Shown here one piece after another: positions 28,812 to 38,793 of a stretch of 49,857 nucleotides of DNA. A program made the translations under genes and the position numbers. How positions within the stretch are numbered: the stretch's first letter is position 1; every line of letters begins with the position of its first letter. The notes beneath the pieces were generated by a model. That model worked only from the letters and a program-made list of their open reading frames with translations, did no database searches and had not been told where the DNA came from. The DNA is taken from NCBI GenBank assembly GCA_007131625.1, contig SLQC01000096.1:1-49857 (forward strand), read 5' to 3'. This DNA comes from Balneolales bacterium (GTDB lineage Bacteria; Bacteroidota; Rhodothermia; Balneolales; Natronogracilivirgulaceae).

Positions 28812-29956
28812 AGGCATTCCTGGGATTCATCAAAAAAGAATTTTTGCACATTTTCCGTGACCGCCGCACATTGCTGATTCTTTTCGGGATGCCGCTGGTG
28901 CAATTGCTGTTGTTCGGTTACGCGGTTCGCAATGAACTTAATAAAGCCGACATCGCCATTCTTGATCACTCCCGAGACGAAATCACCCGTGAGATTACAG
29001 ATAAACTGTTATCATCCGGCTACTTTCAACTCACGGCATGGCTCAAAAGTGAATCGGAAATCGAAGTAGTATTTCAGCGTGGAATAGCTCGAAACGTGAT
29101 TGTTTTTGAAAGCGAATTCGGTCGCAAGCTGATCCGTGACGGATCGGCGAATATCAATATCGTCACCGATGCCTCCGATCCCAATATGGCCCAGATGCTT
29201 GAGGGGTACACCGTCAACATCATCCGCGATTATCAGCAGGAGTGGCAGGAACGAAACAGGCAGGTTCAACAGTCCGCCGGGGGCTCAGCCGGAGGTGGAG
29301 CGAGCATTTCGGGTATCGTACCGGAAGTGCGGATGCTCTTCAATCCCGAACTGCGCAGCGCGAACCTTTTTGTGCCTGGGCTCATCGCATTTATCCTGAT
29401 GCTCGTTTCGGCGTTTCTCACTTCCATCACCATCGCCCGCGAAAAAGAGCAGGGGACCATGGAAGTGTTGCTGGCATCCCCCCTGAATCCCATACAGATC
29501 ATCATCGGTAAAGTGTTGCCTTATCTGGCACTGTCTGTCATTAATGTATTCACCATCCTGATTGTAGCACTTGTTGTTTTCGATGTGCCGTTCCGCGGTA
29601 GTGTACTACTTTTTTCGATGCTGTCACTGCTGTTTATTATGGCAGCTCTTGCTTTGGGATTGCGTATTTCGAGCGTGGTTAAAGATCAACAGACTGCCAT
29701 GATGATATCCCTGGCAGGTCTTCTGCTGCCCACCATCCTGCTTTCTGGATTCATTTTCCCGATTTCCAATATGCCGGCGGTGTTGCAGTATATAAGCCAT
29801 ATTGTTCCAGCCAAATGGTTTCTGATCATCATCCGCGGGATCATGCTCAAAGGGGTGGGGTTGGAATTTCTTTGGCAAGAGACACTTATCCTGTTCGGAA
29901 TGGTGGTAATTCTGATGGCGACAAGTATTAAGTCCTTTAAAATTCGCCTGGAGTGA
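28808..29956 (+). CDS. ABC-2 type transporter permease
   Basis: The ATGA overlaps the upstream stop. One N-terminal TM segment, a large loop, and 5 C-terminal TM segments (YbhS/YbhR-like architecture). Confidence 0.85.
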   Translation: MKAFLGFIKKEFLHIFRDRRTLLILFGMPLVQLLLFGYAVRNELNKADIAILDHSRDEITREITDKLLSSGYFQLTAWLKSESEIEVVFQRGIARNVIVFESEFGRKLIRDGSANINIVTDASDPNMAQMLEGYTVNIIRDYQQEWQERNRQVQQSAGGSAGGGASISGIVPEVRMLFNPELRSANLFVPGLIAFILMLVSAFLTSITIAREKEQGTMEVLLASPLNPIQIIIGKVLPYLALSVINVFTILIVALVVFDVPFRGSVLLFSMLSLLFIMAALALGLRISSVVKDQQTAMMISLAGLLLPTILLSGFIFPISNMPAVLQYISHIVPAKWFLIIIRGIMLKGVGLEFLWQETLILFGMVVILMATSIKSFKIRLE

Positions 29957-30025
29957 TCTGCTTGAAGCGATGCGGAATATTCGAAAAACGGCACCAAAAA
30001 AATGTCAATTGATGGGAGATACCCA

Positions 30026-31138
30026 ATGCGAACGATCCGATTTATCATACAAAAAGAGTTTTTGCAGATTTTTCGCAACCGGCTGATGCTGGCCTTTATA
30101 CTGTTGGCTCCGGTTATCCAGCTGGTTATACTGGCCTATGCTGCAACATTTGAAATCCGCAATATCGACCTGTTTGTAGTGGACCAGGACAAAAGTCCGG
30201 AATCGCGGGCACTTATAGACCGGTTTTCCGCTTCTGAAAATTTTCGCATCATTGGGTATTCCGATGTAGAGTCAGCCGGCGATCATGCACTGTTGAGCAA
30301 CGACGCGGTGATGATTTTAAATTTGCCGCCGCATACCGGACGGAACCTGGTCCGGGACGGACGAGCGCCGGTATCGCTTCGGTTAGACGCTGTGGACGGT
30401 TTTTCGGCAAATATTGCAAGTCAGTACTTCTTGCAGATTATACAAAGCCACAATGAGGAACTTGGTTCGATGCAGTGGAAAGCGGATTCACCTGCACATA
30501 TCGGCATCACCGTATCTCGCTGGTATAATCCTGAGCTCAACTATCAGAGCTATATGGTACCGGGGATTCTGGTGCTGCTCATTACGGTCATCGGTGGATT
30601 TCTCTCCGGGATGAATGTGGTTCGTGAGAAAGAGATCGGGACGATCGAGCAACTCAACGTCACGCCGATTTCCAAAACGCAGTTCATCATCGGGAAGCTT
30701 ACACCTTTTATGATCCTCGCACTGGTGATGTTCAGTTTCGGATTGCTGCTGGCAAGATTCTGGTTTGAAGTGCCGTTTGAAGGCAGTCTTGGTTTGATTT
30801 ATCTGATTGCCGCGACCTATCTGCTGGTGGTGCTCGGACTCGGCCTGCTGGTATCAACCATTACCCATACCCAGCAGCAGGCTATTTTTATCACCTGGTT
30901 TGTATTTGTGATTTTTATCCTGCTTAGCGGGTTATTCACACCGATCGACAGTATGCCTGACTGGGCACAATACCTGACCTGGGCCAACCCGATTGCCTGG
31001 TTTATAGATATCATTCGACGAGTAATGCTCACCGGTGCGGACCTGCGGGATATCTGGGTATCGTATTTCGTCTTAATGACTTACGGAATATTACTCATTG
31101 GTGCTGCTATTGCCAGATATCGAAAATCAGCCGCGTAA
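30026..31138 (+). CDS. ABC-2 type transporter permease (paralog)
   Basis: Same architecture as 28808..29956. The ORF opens at 30002, but the Met at 30026 (MRTIRFIIQKEF) parallels the paralog's N-terminus. Confidence 0.85.
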   Translation: MRTIRFIIQKEFLQIFRNRLMLAFILLAPVIQLVILAYAATFEIRNIDLFVVDQDKSPESRALIDRFSASENFRIIGYSDVESAGDHALLSNDAVMILNLPPHTGRNLVRDGRAPVSLRLDAVDGFSANIASQYFLQIIQSHNEELGSMQWKADSPAHIGITVSRWYNPELNYQSYMVPGILVLLITVIGGFLSGMNVVREKEIGTIEQLNVTPISKTQFIIGKLTPFMILALVMFSFGLLLARFWFEVPFEGSLGLIYLIAATYLLVVLGLGLLVSTITHTQQQAIFITWFVFVIFILLSGLFTPIDSMPDWAQYLTWANPIAWFIDIIRRVMLTGADLRDIWVSYFVLMTYGILLIGAAIARYRKSAA

Positions 31139-31198
31139 AGTTAAACGTAGTCGAGTTTATATCAAATGTCCCGATAATCGTAAAAAACACATAACTGT

Positions 31199-31255
31199 AT
31201 GTCTAATGGATGAATGTCCAATGGTGTACGTCCAATGGATTTGTGTCCAATAGAT
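31199..31255. repeat. four 14-15-nt tandem repeats (core GTCCAATGG)
   Basis: Cores at 31201 (GTCTAATGG), 31216, 31230 and 31245 (GTCCAATAG), between convergent genes. Confidence 0.8.
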
Positions 31256-31294
31256 ACCATTAAAGATTCATTACAGGAGCACCAATCACGTCTA

Positions 31295-32716
31295 TCAGAT
31301 AATTCTTGTCGTGCCGCCTCCATTCGTAAGCTCAACATCCATGTTCCGTTTGTTGGACTTCCAGGCACCTTGGGTAAAATCCGGTACTTGAACGGAATTG
31401 GACCTGTTGGCTACAGACCATTCACTTAATGGGGTTACAGAGCTCGATGTGGCTGCATCGTATACATTCGCTTCCACTGGCAATCCATTGCGCAGGCAAT
31501 CAATTAGTCGCCAATCCATGGCGTTTACTCTTGCGTAAGAGCGGTTTTGACGTCTCGAACTTGCCTGACTTATCATTTCATTAAACCTTTTTGTGATCTC
31601 AGGTCTGTATTTTTCCATCAGGGAATCCTTCTCCTCCTCAGAAAGCCAATCGTCATAGTAGCTGAATCCGATTCGGTCAGGACGTGCCTTATAGGTACCT
31701 TTCGTTCCGTTTATCATATGAAAACGGATGCCCGGGCGTGGAGTGGTCACATCATGCTGGACCACAATAGTGCGGCCTTTGTTGGTACGTATGGTAGTTG
31801 TATTCATATTGCCACGGTAATTTCTGCCGACATAGGGTTGCCAAAAGTCATCTTCAGCGGCAAGTTCTTTTGCCTTTTCTCCCATCATGAAATCATTGGT
31901 TGACATGGATACCATGTAATCCATCTTATCACCGCAGTTGATATCCATTATCTGGCACATTGGAACCAAAGCATGTTGCGGATACAAGTTTCCATTCCTG
32001 TCTATGTTCTCATTCAGGCGCCACATGTTATGATACGTATCCTTGGTAAAATTATGGGTATTCATCAGATCATGGATATAGCCACCTTCACCGTGTAATA
32101 TTTCTCCTAAAATGCCATTTCTGACCATGTTCAAAATTACTGCTGCGGTTCCGGAGTGACAGGAACTGGACATCTGCATACAATGCATGCGTGTCTGCTC
32201 TGAGGTTTCCACCAACTGCCAGCATTCTTCTATGGTATTGGCTGCAGGAAGCTCCACATACACATGTTTTTCATTTTCCATTGAAAATACAGACTGTGGA
32301 ACATGTATATGCCAGGGTGTCGCAATCGCTATCAAGTCTATATCATTGCGTTCACACATCTTCTTCCATTCATTTTCGCCCCCGGAATAGCCGTCCGGAC
32401 TTTGATTGAAATCTTTAAGGGACTCTTGTGCTGCACTGACCCGATCCGGTTCCAGATCACACACTCCTTTAATTTCAACACCCTCCAAACTGGCGAGCCG
32501 CACCACCGTTCCTGAGCCACGATTGCCCAGTCCGATTACTCCAACCCGAACCGTATCCAGTTTAGGAGCGGCATATTCATGCATGTTAAAATTTTGGCGA
32601 TGTGGCTGTGGAAAGGTTTTTTTGTTACTATCCGAACGCCATGAAAACAGACCTGTGCCACCAGCCAAACCTGCCAGCCCGGTTAGTTTCAAGAAATCTC
32701 TACGACTATTTTTCAT
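31295..32716 (-). CDS. Gfo/Idh/MocA-family NAD-dependent oxidoreductase with Tat signal (GH109-like)
   Basis: SRRDFLKLTGLAGLAG twin-arginine signal and Rossmann motif VRVGVIGLGNRG. The ~470 aa size is typical of GH109-like proteins. Confidence 0.75.
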   Translation of the reverse strand: MKNSRRDFLKLTGLAGLAGGTGLFSWRSDSNKKTFPQPHRQNFNMHEYAAPKLDTVRVGVIGLGNRGSGTVVRLASLEGVEIKGVCDLEPDRVSAAQESLKDFNQSPDGYSGGENEWKKMCERNDIDLIAIATPWHIHVPQSVFSMENEKHVYVELPAANTIEECWQLVETSEQTRMHCMQMSSSCHSGTAAVILNMVRNGILGEILHGEGGYIHDLMNTHNFTKDTYHNMWRLNENIDRNGNLYPQHALVPMCQIMDINCGDKMDYMVSMSTNDFMMGEKAKELAAEDDFWQPYVGRNYRGNMNTTTIRTNKGRTIVVQHDVTTPRPGIRFHMINGTKGTYKARPDRIGFSYYDDWLSEEEKDSLMEKYRPEITKRFNEMISQASSRRQNRSYARVNAMDWRLIDCLRNGLPVEANVYDAATSSSVTPLSEWSVANRSNSVQVPDFTQGAWKSNKRNMDVELTNGGGTTRII

Positions 32717-32802
32717 TTTTTTGGCAATTTGTGTGAGATGTGAGAATTAAAAGTTATAAGTAATATAACATATCGCAATATAACATATCAAAGTTACCAT
32801 TT

Positions 32803-32870
32803 ATCGCCCCATCAATGCCTCTTTAACGCCCCATTAAGGCCTCTTTATCGCCCCATTAAAAATAGGGCAA
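32803..32870. repeat. three 22-nt tandem repeats (CGCCCCAT[CT]AA[TG]GCCTCTTTA)
   Basis: Copies start at 32805, 32827 and 32849 (the third is degenerate). Preceded by ATATAACATATC x2 at 32763 and 32778. Confidence 0.8.
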
Positions 32871-33040
32871 AGTTTTTCCTTTTCGGGAGATTCTTGGGAA
32901 GTATGTGGTTGAAAAATCATTTCAAAATCTGTTTCACAATTGTTCCCGGCAGTGAAGAGGGCTTGTCGAAAGGGTGTAGGTGCTATTTGGTACCCGTGAG
33001 GTTTTGATCCACCCAATATAATAACATTGAGAATCGATCA

Positions 33041-36000
33041 TTATTCACGGTTCCAGGGCCGCCATCGGCCGAGATACTCATCGAATTCCGGTCGGTCAAA
33101 CTGATCCTGCCAGCTCAGGCGAAATTTCGGGTTGTATTCCCCATTCTTTTCCCGATCGGCTAATACCTTTTCTGCTTCTTCTGTGAGTGTGGGCTCTTCG
33201 TCGAGCACCGATAGCAAATAAGGAATGCTGTTGATTTGTGTAAGAGTACGAACCATCCCGGGAAGGAATGCGGTATCACCGCTCCAGTGTCGGCGGTCCT
33301 TACTTACTATCTGGTAGAGATCACGTCCGTGGTCAAAATTTACCCACTCCTGGAGGGTTTTCCTCAGCGGTTCCGGGTTATGTGAATGGCGCAGAGCGAA
33401 TGCCAGTGCCTTGAGTCTGACTGGGAGGCTTCCAGGATCACCATCGCCGATAGCAGTACCCAAACCAACCAGACTTTCCCGGACTTGTGGATCTTCCGTG
33501 AGGTAATAATATTCCAACAGCGCGTACATGGCACCAAAGCTGTGAAACATAAAGTTGTCAGAATTGACCCCGATCGGTTCTCCCCGGCGTTCGGGGCCGG
33601 GGAAAGTTAGCACCTGCCGGGTGGCAATCCCTTCCGGCAGGCTAAGGGCACGGGCATATCGGCGAACCTTTTCCCCAAGCTCCGGATCTCCGGTGATTTC
33701 CCACAGGAAAAGCATCCCGTAAAGACGGGAAGTGTGGGCATTATTGCCGCTTCCGGTGGATCCCTGCATATAGACATCGTTGACCAGCCTTTCGAGTAAC
33801 TCCCGCGTACGGTGTTCTCCGGTCAGAAAATAGTGGAAACGCACTTCTGTCTGAATGGTCTGTCGATCGTGATGATGACCGTCGCTCCAGTGTTGGACAC
33901 CATGGCGGGTTCCGGAACCGAACCACTGGCCGTCGTGGCGTATGACCACGTCACGGGTATGCCGGGCGAGGGCTTCGGCTGCAAAGAAAATGTCGCGGCG
34001 GCCGGTCCGAAAATATTCGTTCTGCAGGTGCAGATTGGGGAGGCCCTCGGTGTTGGTCCAGCCCCAGCGGCCGTTGTCGAATGCCCAGTCATGTTGTGGA
34101 ATATAGTCGAGAATTAAATCATCCGAATCCAGTTCTCCGCCGCCGGGCCGGTCTTCGGGTTCCATACGCAAGTACTTGAGCAAGTAATCCGGGGGGAGGT
34201 TCCATCCGTAACCCGCTCGAAAGCGGTGCTGAACATCCCCGTAGTCCCACATTCCGTACCATCCCCACTTCTCCTGGTGGTAGAGGAAAAAGTCGGTCAC
34301 ATTGGTCAGATTATCGGCAACCAGGGGAAAATTCTTATAGTCGGGTGTGGGATAGGTGATTTCCGTTTCCCGGTACCAGTCGGCGCCGGCGTAGATCAGC
34401 GGCGGGCTCTGGAAGTCGGCGTTGAGGGCGGCCAGTTGCTCACCGTCTCCCCCCGGTCCGTCAAAGAAATACCAAAGCATTTCGTGGCTGCGTGAAGTAC
34501 CGAGGAAGGGGTCATTCTTGTAGTAGTGTCCGGATACCCAATCGTTGCCACCAGAGACGGTTTCTCCCTGGGAACGGTGGGGGTAGTTGGAGTAGCGGCG
34601 CACGTCCATAACCGGGGTACTTTCAGGCCAGAAGTAGGCTGTCAGGCCGTTGTTTCCGTCGTTGCGAGAGAGTATCTCCTTGGGAAATTCCTGCCACATA
34701 TGGCGCATTGCGACCAGTGTGCCTCCGCTTTGGCTGGAACGCGCCAACCAACCGGGAGAGCGTTCTTCTTCTTGCAGAATTCGCGGGGAACCATCCTCTT
34801 GTTGCCAGATCTGCGTGGAAAACTGGCTGTTGCCCCGCAGGCCGGTAAGCGGAGCGCCTGTGATCGCGTGGACTCCTTCTTCGTCATGTCCGCCCGTCAT
34901 GACCTGTTCGGCCGGCCCACCGGCAAGGGGCAGGTGCAGACCCATCCGGTGCAGATACGTATCACGGGGATCGGATTGCAGAAAAACCGCGGAGTGTAGT
35001 ACGCGAATGAGGGGTCGACCAGTCTGAAACTCCAGCCAGAGTGTGACTAGCGTTGGTTCCTTGCTTTGTGCGTAGCCGTGCAGGCGAACTATAGCCCGCA
35101 TCGGACCGGACTCTTGTACCTCGATCTCTTCGATATCAAGGACACCCGGATCGAGACGCCCGACTGCGTGGCGGTCGTTAACCAGATAGGTCTCCTCCGT
35201 GCGGAGAAAATCGACGAATCCCTGGGGCAGATCCCCTCCGGTAGTCAGAAGTTCGCGTCCGTTCAAACGGATAGAACGCAGGAAGTCTGTTCCTGTGCCG
35301 AGCCTGACCTGAAAGGGACCGTTATCGATCTGAATACCGTTTTGATCTTCCGAAGTCTGAAGGATATGGGCGGGAGCTGCAGGGGTTGTGTTCCCCCCGT
35401 AGTGGAGAACAAAATTTTTGTTGTCGCCCTCGCGCAGGGTTACATCAAAGGGTACTTGTCCGGTGGAGCGGGGAGCACGGGACACCACTTGTGCCTCTAT
35501 CTCAGAAAGAGGGAAGGTCAGATGCAGCCACTTGATGGAGCCGTCAGGCCACCAGGCCAAAGGGGATGCCTGAAGAGGATGCGATCGATCCTGGTTGAGC
35601 ACAGCGACAGCTTCGGGATAACGAAGTTCGCCACGCGGAATGGGGATGCCGCCTGACACCAGAGGAGCGATGTCCCCATTTGTGGCCGGTGCTGACCACA
35701 GATCGGGAATATCGGCTTCCATTCTGCGAGCTTTCGGATCACTCGGGAGGTGATTTTTACCCCAGAGGTCGGCGAGTTTGCGATCGGGCTGAGCGTTGGG
35801 CATTTCACCCAGGTAGAAAATCCAGTCAATCCGGTGGGCGGAGCCAAAAACTGTGTTCGCCTGATCGTCGTCCACCGACAGAGCCGGCCTGGTCGAGGGG
35901 TATATCTGGGCTCGGGCAGTTCCCCCGTTGGAGGCATCCACCCGAAGCGATTTCGGCGCCCGTTCCGCCATTTGTGGAATGGCGATCAGTGCCCCGCCCT

Positions 36001-36925
36001 GCTGGTCGTAGAGACTGGTCCAGCCTGCCGCCTGCCGTCCGCGAAGCAGGATCAGGGAAGCGTTATTGTCGGATTCCGCCCGCCATATCCGGAAGTGCCC
36101 GGGCGTCTTTTGGTCGACAGAAAAATGCGTCCAGTAATTGGGCTCGGGATGGCGCATCCGGTTAGGCTCCATCATGAGTTCCCTTCCCATTCCTACGTGA
36201 AACTGATAGAAATAGCGAGTATCGTAAGTGATCCCGTCGTCCCCGCCCTGGGCGATGCGCTTGCGGTGGTTCAGGGCCAGCGGCAGATCGAGGGAAAGTT
36301 CTCGCAAATAACGGTGTTGAAAGTGACCCTCTCGTTCAAAATCCAGATCTACTCCCAGATGTTGACTGCCTGCCTTCGCGTGTAGAACGACTGAGAAGGG
36401 GAATGAGTCACCACCCTCGAAGGAGAGCGTCCCTTGGAGAAAAAGGGAGAAGGTTTCACCGTTGATTTCGTGGCGAATAGAATGCACCTCATAGCTCGCA
36501 TCAAGCAGCTTTCCGGAGGCGTGATCGGAGAATTCATCGTAATCTTCGCTCTCCAAAAGCCGGGCACTCAGAAGGGGGTTCGCGTTATCGCGTACCAGCC
36601 ATTTTTCCCCCATACGCAGGTCACGAAGAGTGGCGTTTTCACCCCGGTCAAAACGAAATTGCAGTTTTCCGGTGTCCACATTGAGAAATAGTCCGTCTTC
36701 ACTTACCTCCAGATATTTATCGGAGGAGCGTACCACTTCAAGGCCTGAATCTGTGATTTGGTCGGAAAATTCCCCGGTGAATTCACCCCGCAATTCCTTT
36801 TGACCGGAATGTTGGATGTAGGACTCCTGCGGACTACAACCCGTCCAGACAATGAACTGAACCAGGAGAATAACCAAAGGCATGAGGATACCCAAAGGAA
36901 CGGCCGTTTTTGTGTTACCGGGCAT
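33041..36925 (-). CDS. very large secreted lipoprotein, function unknown (possibly PcRGLX/YetA-like polysaccharide lyase fold)
   Basis: 1294-1321 aa ORF. The likely start MPGNTKTAVPLGILMPLVILLVQFIVWTGC carries a lipobox. WWPDGSIKWLHLTF and a helix-rich C-terminal third recall exo-rhamnogalacturonan-lyase-like proteins; that link is weak and from memory. Confidence 0.5.
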   Translation of the reverse strand: MPGNTKTAVPLGILMPLVILLVQFIVWTGCSPQESYIQHSGQKELRGEFTGEFSDQITDSGLEVVRSSDKYLEVSEDGLFLNVDTGKLQFRFDRGENATLRDLRMGEKWLVRDNANPLLSARLLESEDYDEFSDHASGKLLDASYEVHSIRHEINGETFSLFLQGTLSFEGGDSFPFSVVLHAKAGSQHLGVDLDFEREGHFQHRYLRELSLDLPLALNHRKRIAQGGDDGITYDTRYFYQFHVGMGRELMMEPNRMRHPEPNYWTHFSVDQKTPGHFRIWRAESDNNASLILLRGRQAAGWTSLYDQQGGALIAIPQMAERAPKSLRVDASNGGTARAQIYPSTRPALSVDDDQANTVFGSAHRIDWIFYLGEMPNAQPDRKLADLWGKNHLPSDPKARRMEADIPDLWSAPATNGDIAPLVSGGIPIPRGELRYPEAVAVLNQDRSHPLQASPLAWWPDGSIKWLHLTFPLSEIEAQVVSRAPRSTGQVPFDVTLREGDNKNFVLHYGGNTTPAAPAHILQTSEDQNGIQIDNGPFQVRLGTGTDFLRSIRLNGRELLTTGGDLPQGFVDFLRTEETYLVNDRHAVGRLDPGVLDIEEIEVQESGPMRAIVRLHGYAQSKEPTLVTLWLEFQTGRPLIRVLHSAVFLQSDPRDTYLHRMGLHLPLAGGPAEQVMTGGHDEEGVHAITGAPLTGLRGNSQFSTQIWQQEDGSPRILQEEERSPGWLARSSQSGGTLVAMRHMWQEFPKEILSRNDGNNGLTAYFWPESTPVMDVRRYSNYPHRSQGETVSGGNDWVSGHYYKNDPFLGTSRSHEMLWYFFDGPGGDGEQLAALNADFQSPPLIYAGADWYRETEITYPTPDYKNFPLVADNLTNVTDFFLYHQEKWGWYGMWDYGDVQHRFRAGYGWNLPPDYLLKYLRMEPEDRPGGGELDSDDLILDYIPQHDWAFDNGRWGWTNTEGLPNLHLQNEYFRTGRRDIFFAAEALARHTRDVVIRHDGQWFGSGTRHGVQHWSDGHHHDRQTIQTEVRFHYFLTGEHRTRELLERLVNDVYMQGSTGSGNNAHTSRLYGMLFLWEITGDPELGEKVRRYARALSLPEGIATRQVLTFPGPERRGEPIGVNSDNFMFHSFGAMYALLEYYYLTEDPQVRESLVGLGTAIGDGDPGSLPVRLKALAFALRHSHNPEPLRKTLQEWVNFDHGRDLYQIVSKDRRHWSGDTAFLPGMVRTLTQINSIPYLLSVLDEEPTLTEEAEKVLADREKNGEYNPKFRLSWQDQFDRPEFDEYLGRWRPWNRE

Positions 36926-37334
36926 TTTCAAAAAGTCTGGAATTTTTGAAAAGTCTGACGAAGTTTCGCTTTTTTTATGGAGATAGCCGATGAGAATTAT
37001 ATTCATGTGGAACAGTGATTATATTGTATTAATAACAGTATGAAACGAGATGGTTCCGGCGTTTATGATGCTTGTCAAGCTAAGACTCAACCGGATTGTA
37101 AATATTGAGAATTGAGCCTTGTCACTGGCTGGTTTTTTGCTAAAATATAGGCTTTAAATTAAGTTCTTACGCAGTATGTTTCAACAAATGTTATATACAC
37201 GCAAAATTTCGCAATCGGTAGTTCCATGTCGTTGCAAAGTAGTCAAATAGTGTTTATGTTTTCAAGTGCAACAATGAGATAATGGGAGCATAACGAAAGC
37301 TTTTGTAACTTCTTACCTTTTGAAATAGCGTAAA

Positions 37335-38654
37335 ATGAATAAAATGAAGAATAACAGTTTTCAACTTATCCGTATTCTGATTGTTGTTTTCACTTTAACA
37401 GGTGCACTGGGCATGTTGCATACTAAGGATGCCAGTGCACAATGGCAGCGCCACATGGATGCCGAAGTCCTTAACACTTCCGACAAGACGGTAGAGTGGA
37501 CGAAGAACCAGGATGAGGAAACCGGTTATGAGGTCTGGCAGATGACATCCAGTGATGCAGGAACCTGGCACGGCCATTTTAACACACAGAGTTTTTCATC
37601 CGATGATCAGTATCTGGTATTCAGTTCCGAACGTATGGGAAGCTGGCAGTTGTACCGAGTCGATCTCAACAATGGTGAGATCATGCAACTTACAAATGTA
37701 GAATCACTGAGTAATTCCACTTTCACAGTTCATCCGAATGGTGAAGAGGTTTATTTCGGCTTTGACGGAAAACTGGGCCGGGCAAATATCTATACAGGAG
37801 AGGTTTACACTAAAGAATTTGATGATCCGGTGGCATTCAGGAGACTTATTTCCGATGACGGCCGCTACACCGTAGTGACCAGTTCAGGTGACGGAGAATC
37901 CACCATTTTTCTGATTTCCCTGCCTGATGCCGAAGTTGAAGCCAAACTTCACTGGACAGGAGGTACGACGCTGAATCCCGGTGTGGAATGGACCGGAGGC
38001 ATATCCCATACAATGCTCAACCCGGGTTATCCATGGCTGGTAACATTTCTTCCGACATCAACTCACAGGGAAGTAACCCCGTATTATGATCACCAAAGAG
38101 ACATGACACTTCCGATGAAATTGCGGGCACGCGTCTGGATCTGGGATGCACGGACAGGGGAAGTTCGGCCATTTGTGAGCATGCCGTATCACTACAGCAA
38201 TACCCACGAAGCCTGGGGGCGGGACGGCGAGCGCTTCTTTTTCTTCCAGAAAGCCGCTCCTGGATGGGTACCGAACCACATCGCATCCGTGAATAAACAC
38301 GGTAAAGACTGGCAAAACCATCATTCCGATGATACGCTCCGTCTCGGTCATGGCAGTCCATCGTTTGACGGAAAGTGGTTTATTGCGGACGGACAGGATC
38401 CGGGAAGAAATCCCATCAGGCTGATCAATCTGGAAACAGGTAAATGGGAGGATTTGAGCTGGCCGGATGCCAGTATTTCCGGCCCGGATGGTATGTCTGG
38501 CCATGTCATTCAGGGTCATCCTCATCCTTCATTCAGCACCAGCGGTAACTTTGTGACTTACACTTCCAACCCTACGGGTGAAACGGGTGCGTCAGAGGTC
38601 TATGTAGTGCCCATTCCAGACCATTTGAAAGAGAAACTCAGCACCGCTGATTGA
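37335..38654 (+). CDS. secreted beta-propeller protein, oligogalacturonide-lyase (PL22)-like / TolB-like
   Basis: Signal peptide. The pattern ETGYEVWQMTS...FNTQSFSSDDQYLVFSSERMGSWQLYRVDLNNGEIMQLTN resembles PL22/TolB-type propellers. Confidence 0.45.
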   Translation: MNKMKNNSFQLIRILIVVFTLTGALGMLHTKDASAQWQRHMDAEVLNTSDKTVEWTKNQDEETGYEVWQMTSSDAGTWHGHFNTQSFSSDDQYLVFSSERMGSWQLYRVDLNNGEIMQLTNVESLSNSTFTVHPNGEEVYFGFDGKLGRANIYTGEVYTKEFDDPVAFRRLISDDGRYTVVTSSGDGESTIFLISLPDAEVEAKLHWTGGTTLNPGVEWTGGISHTMLNPGYPWLVTFLPTSTHREVTPYYDHQRDMTLPMKLRARVWIWDARTGEVRPFVSMPYHYSNTHEAWGRDGERFFFFQKAAPGWVPNHIASVNKHGKDWQNHHSDDTLRLGHGSPSFDGKWFIADGQDPGRNPIRLINLETGKWEDLSWPDASISGPDGMSGHVIQGHPHPSFSTSGNFVTYTSNPTGETGASEVYVVPIPDHLKEKLSTAD

Positions 38655-38793
38655 AATAAACACAAAAAATCGGCAAGCTGCTAATCATATAACACTGCTA
38701 ATCCAATTGCCAATTGCAATTTATTACCTGGCTGCATAGCTTAAATAGATAACTAATAAAAGCCAATCAATACCCAGCAATTAGTCAGCTTGC

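Noticed and set aside
33386-36691. Many plus-strand ORFs of 60-210 aa inside the 1321-aa gene region
   Set aside because: All are antisense to one continuous 4-kb ORF in GC-rich DNA. They are Arg/Pro/Gly-rich with no motifs, so I treat them as shadow ORFs.
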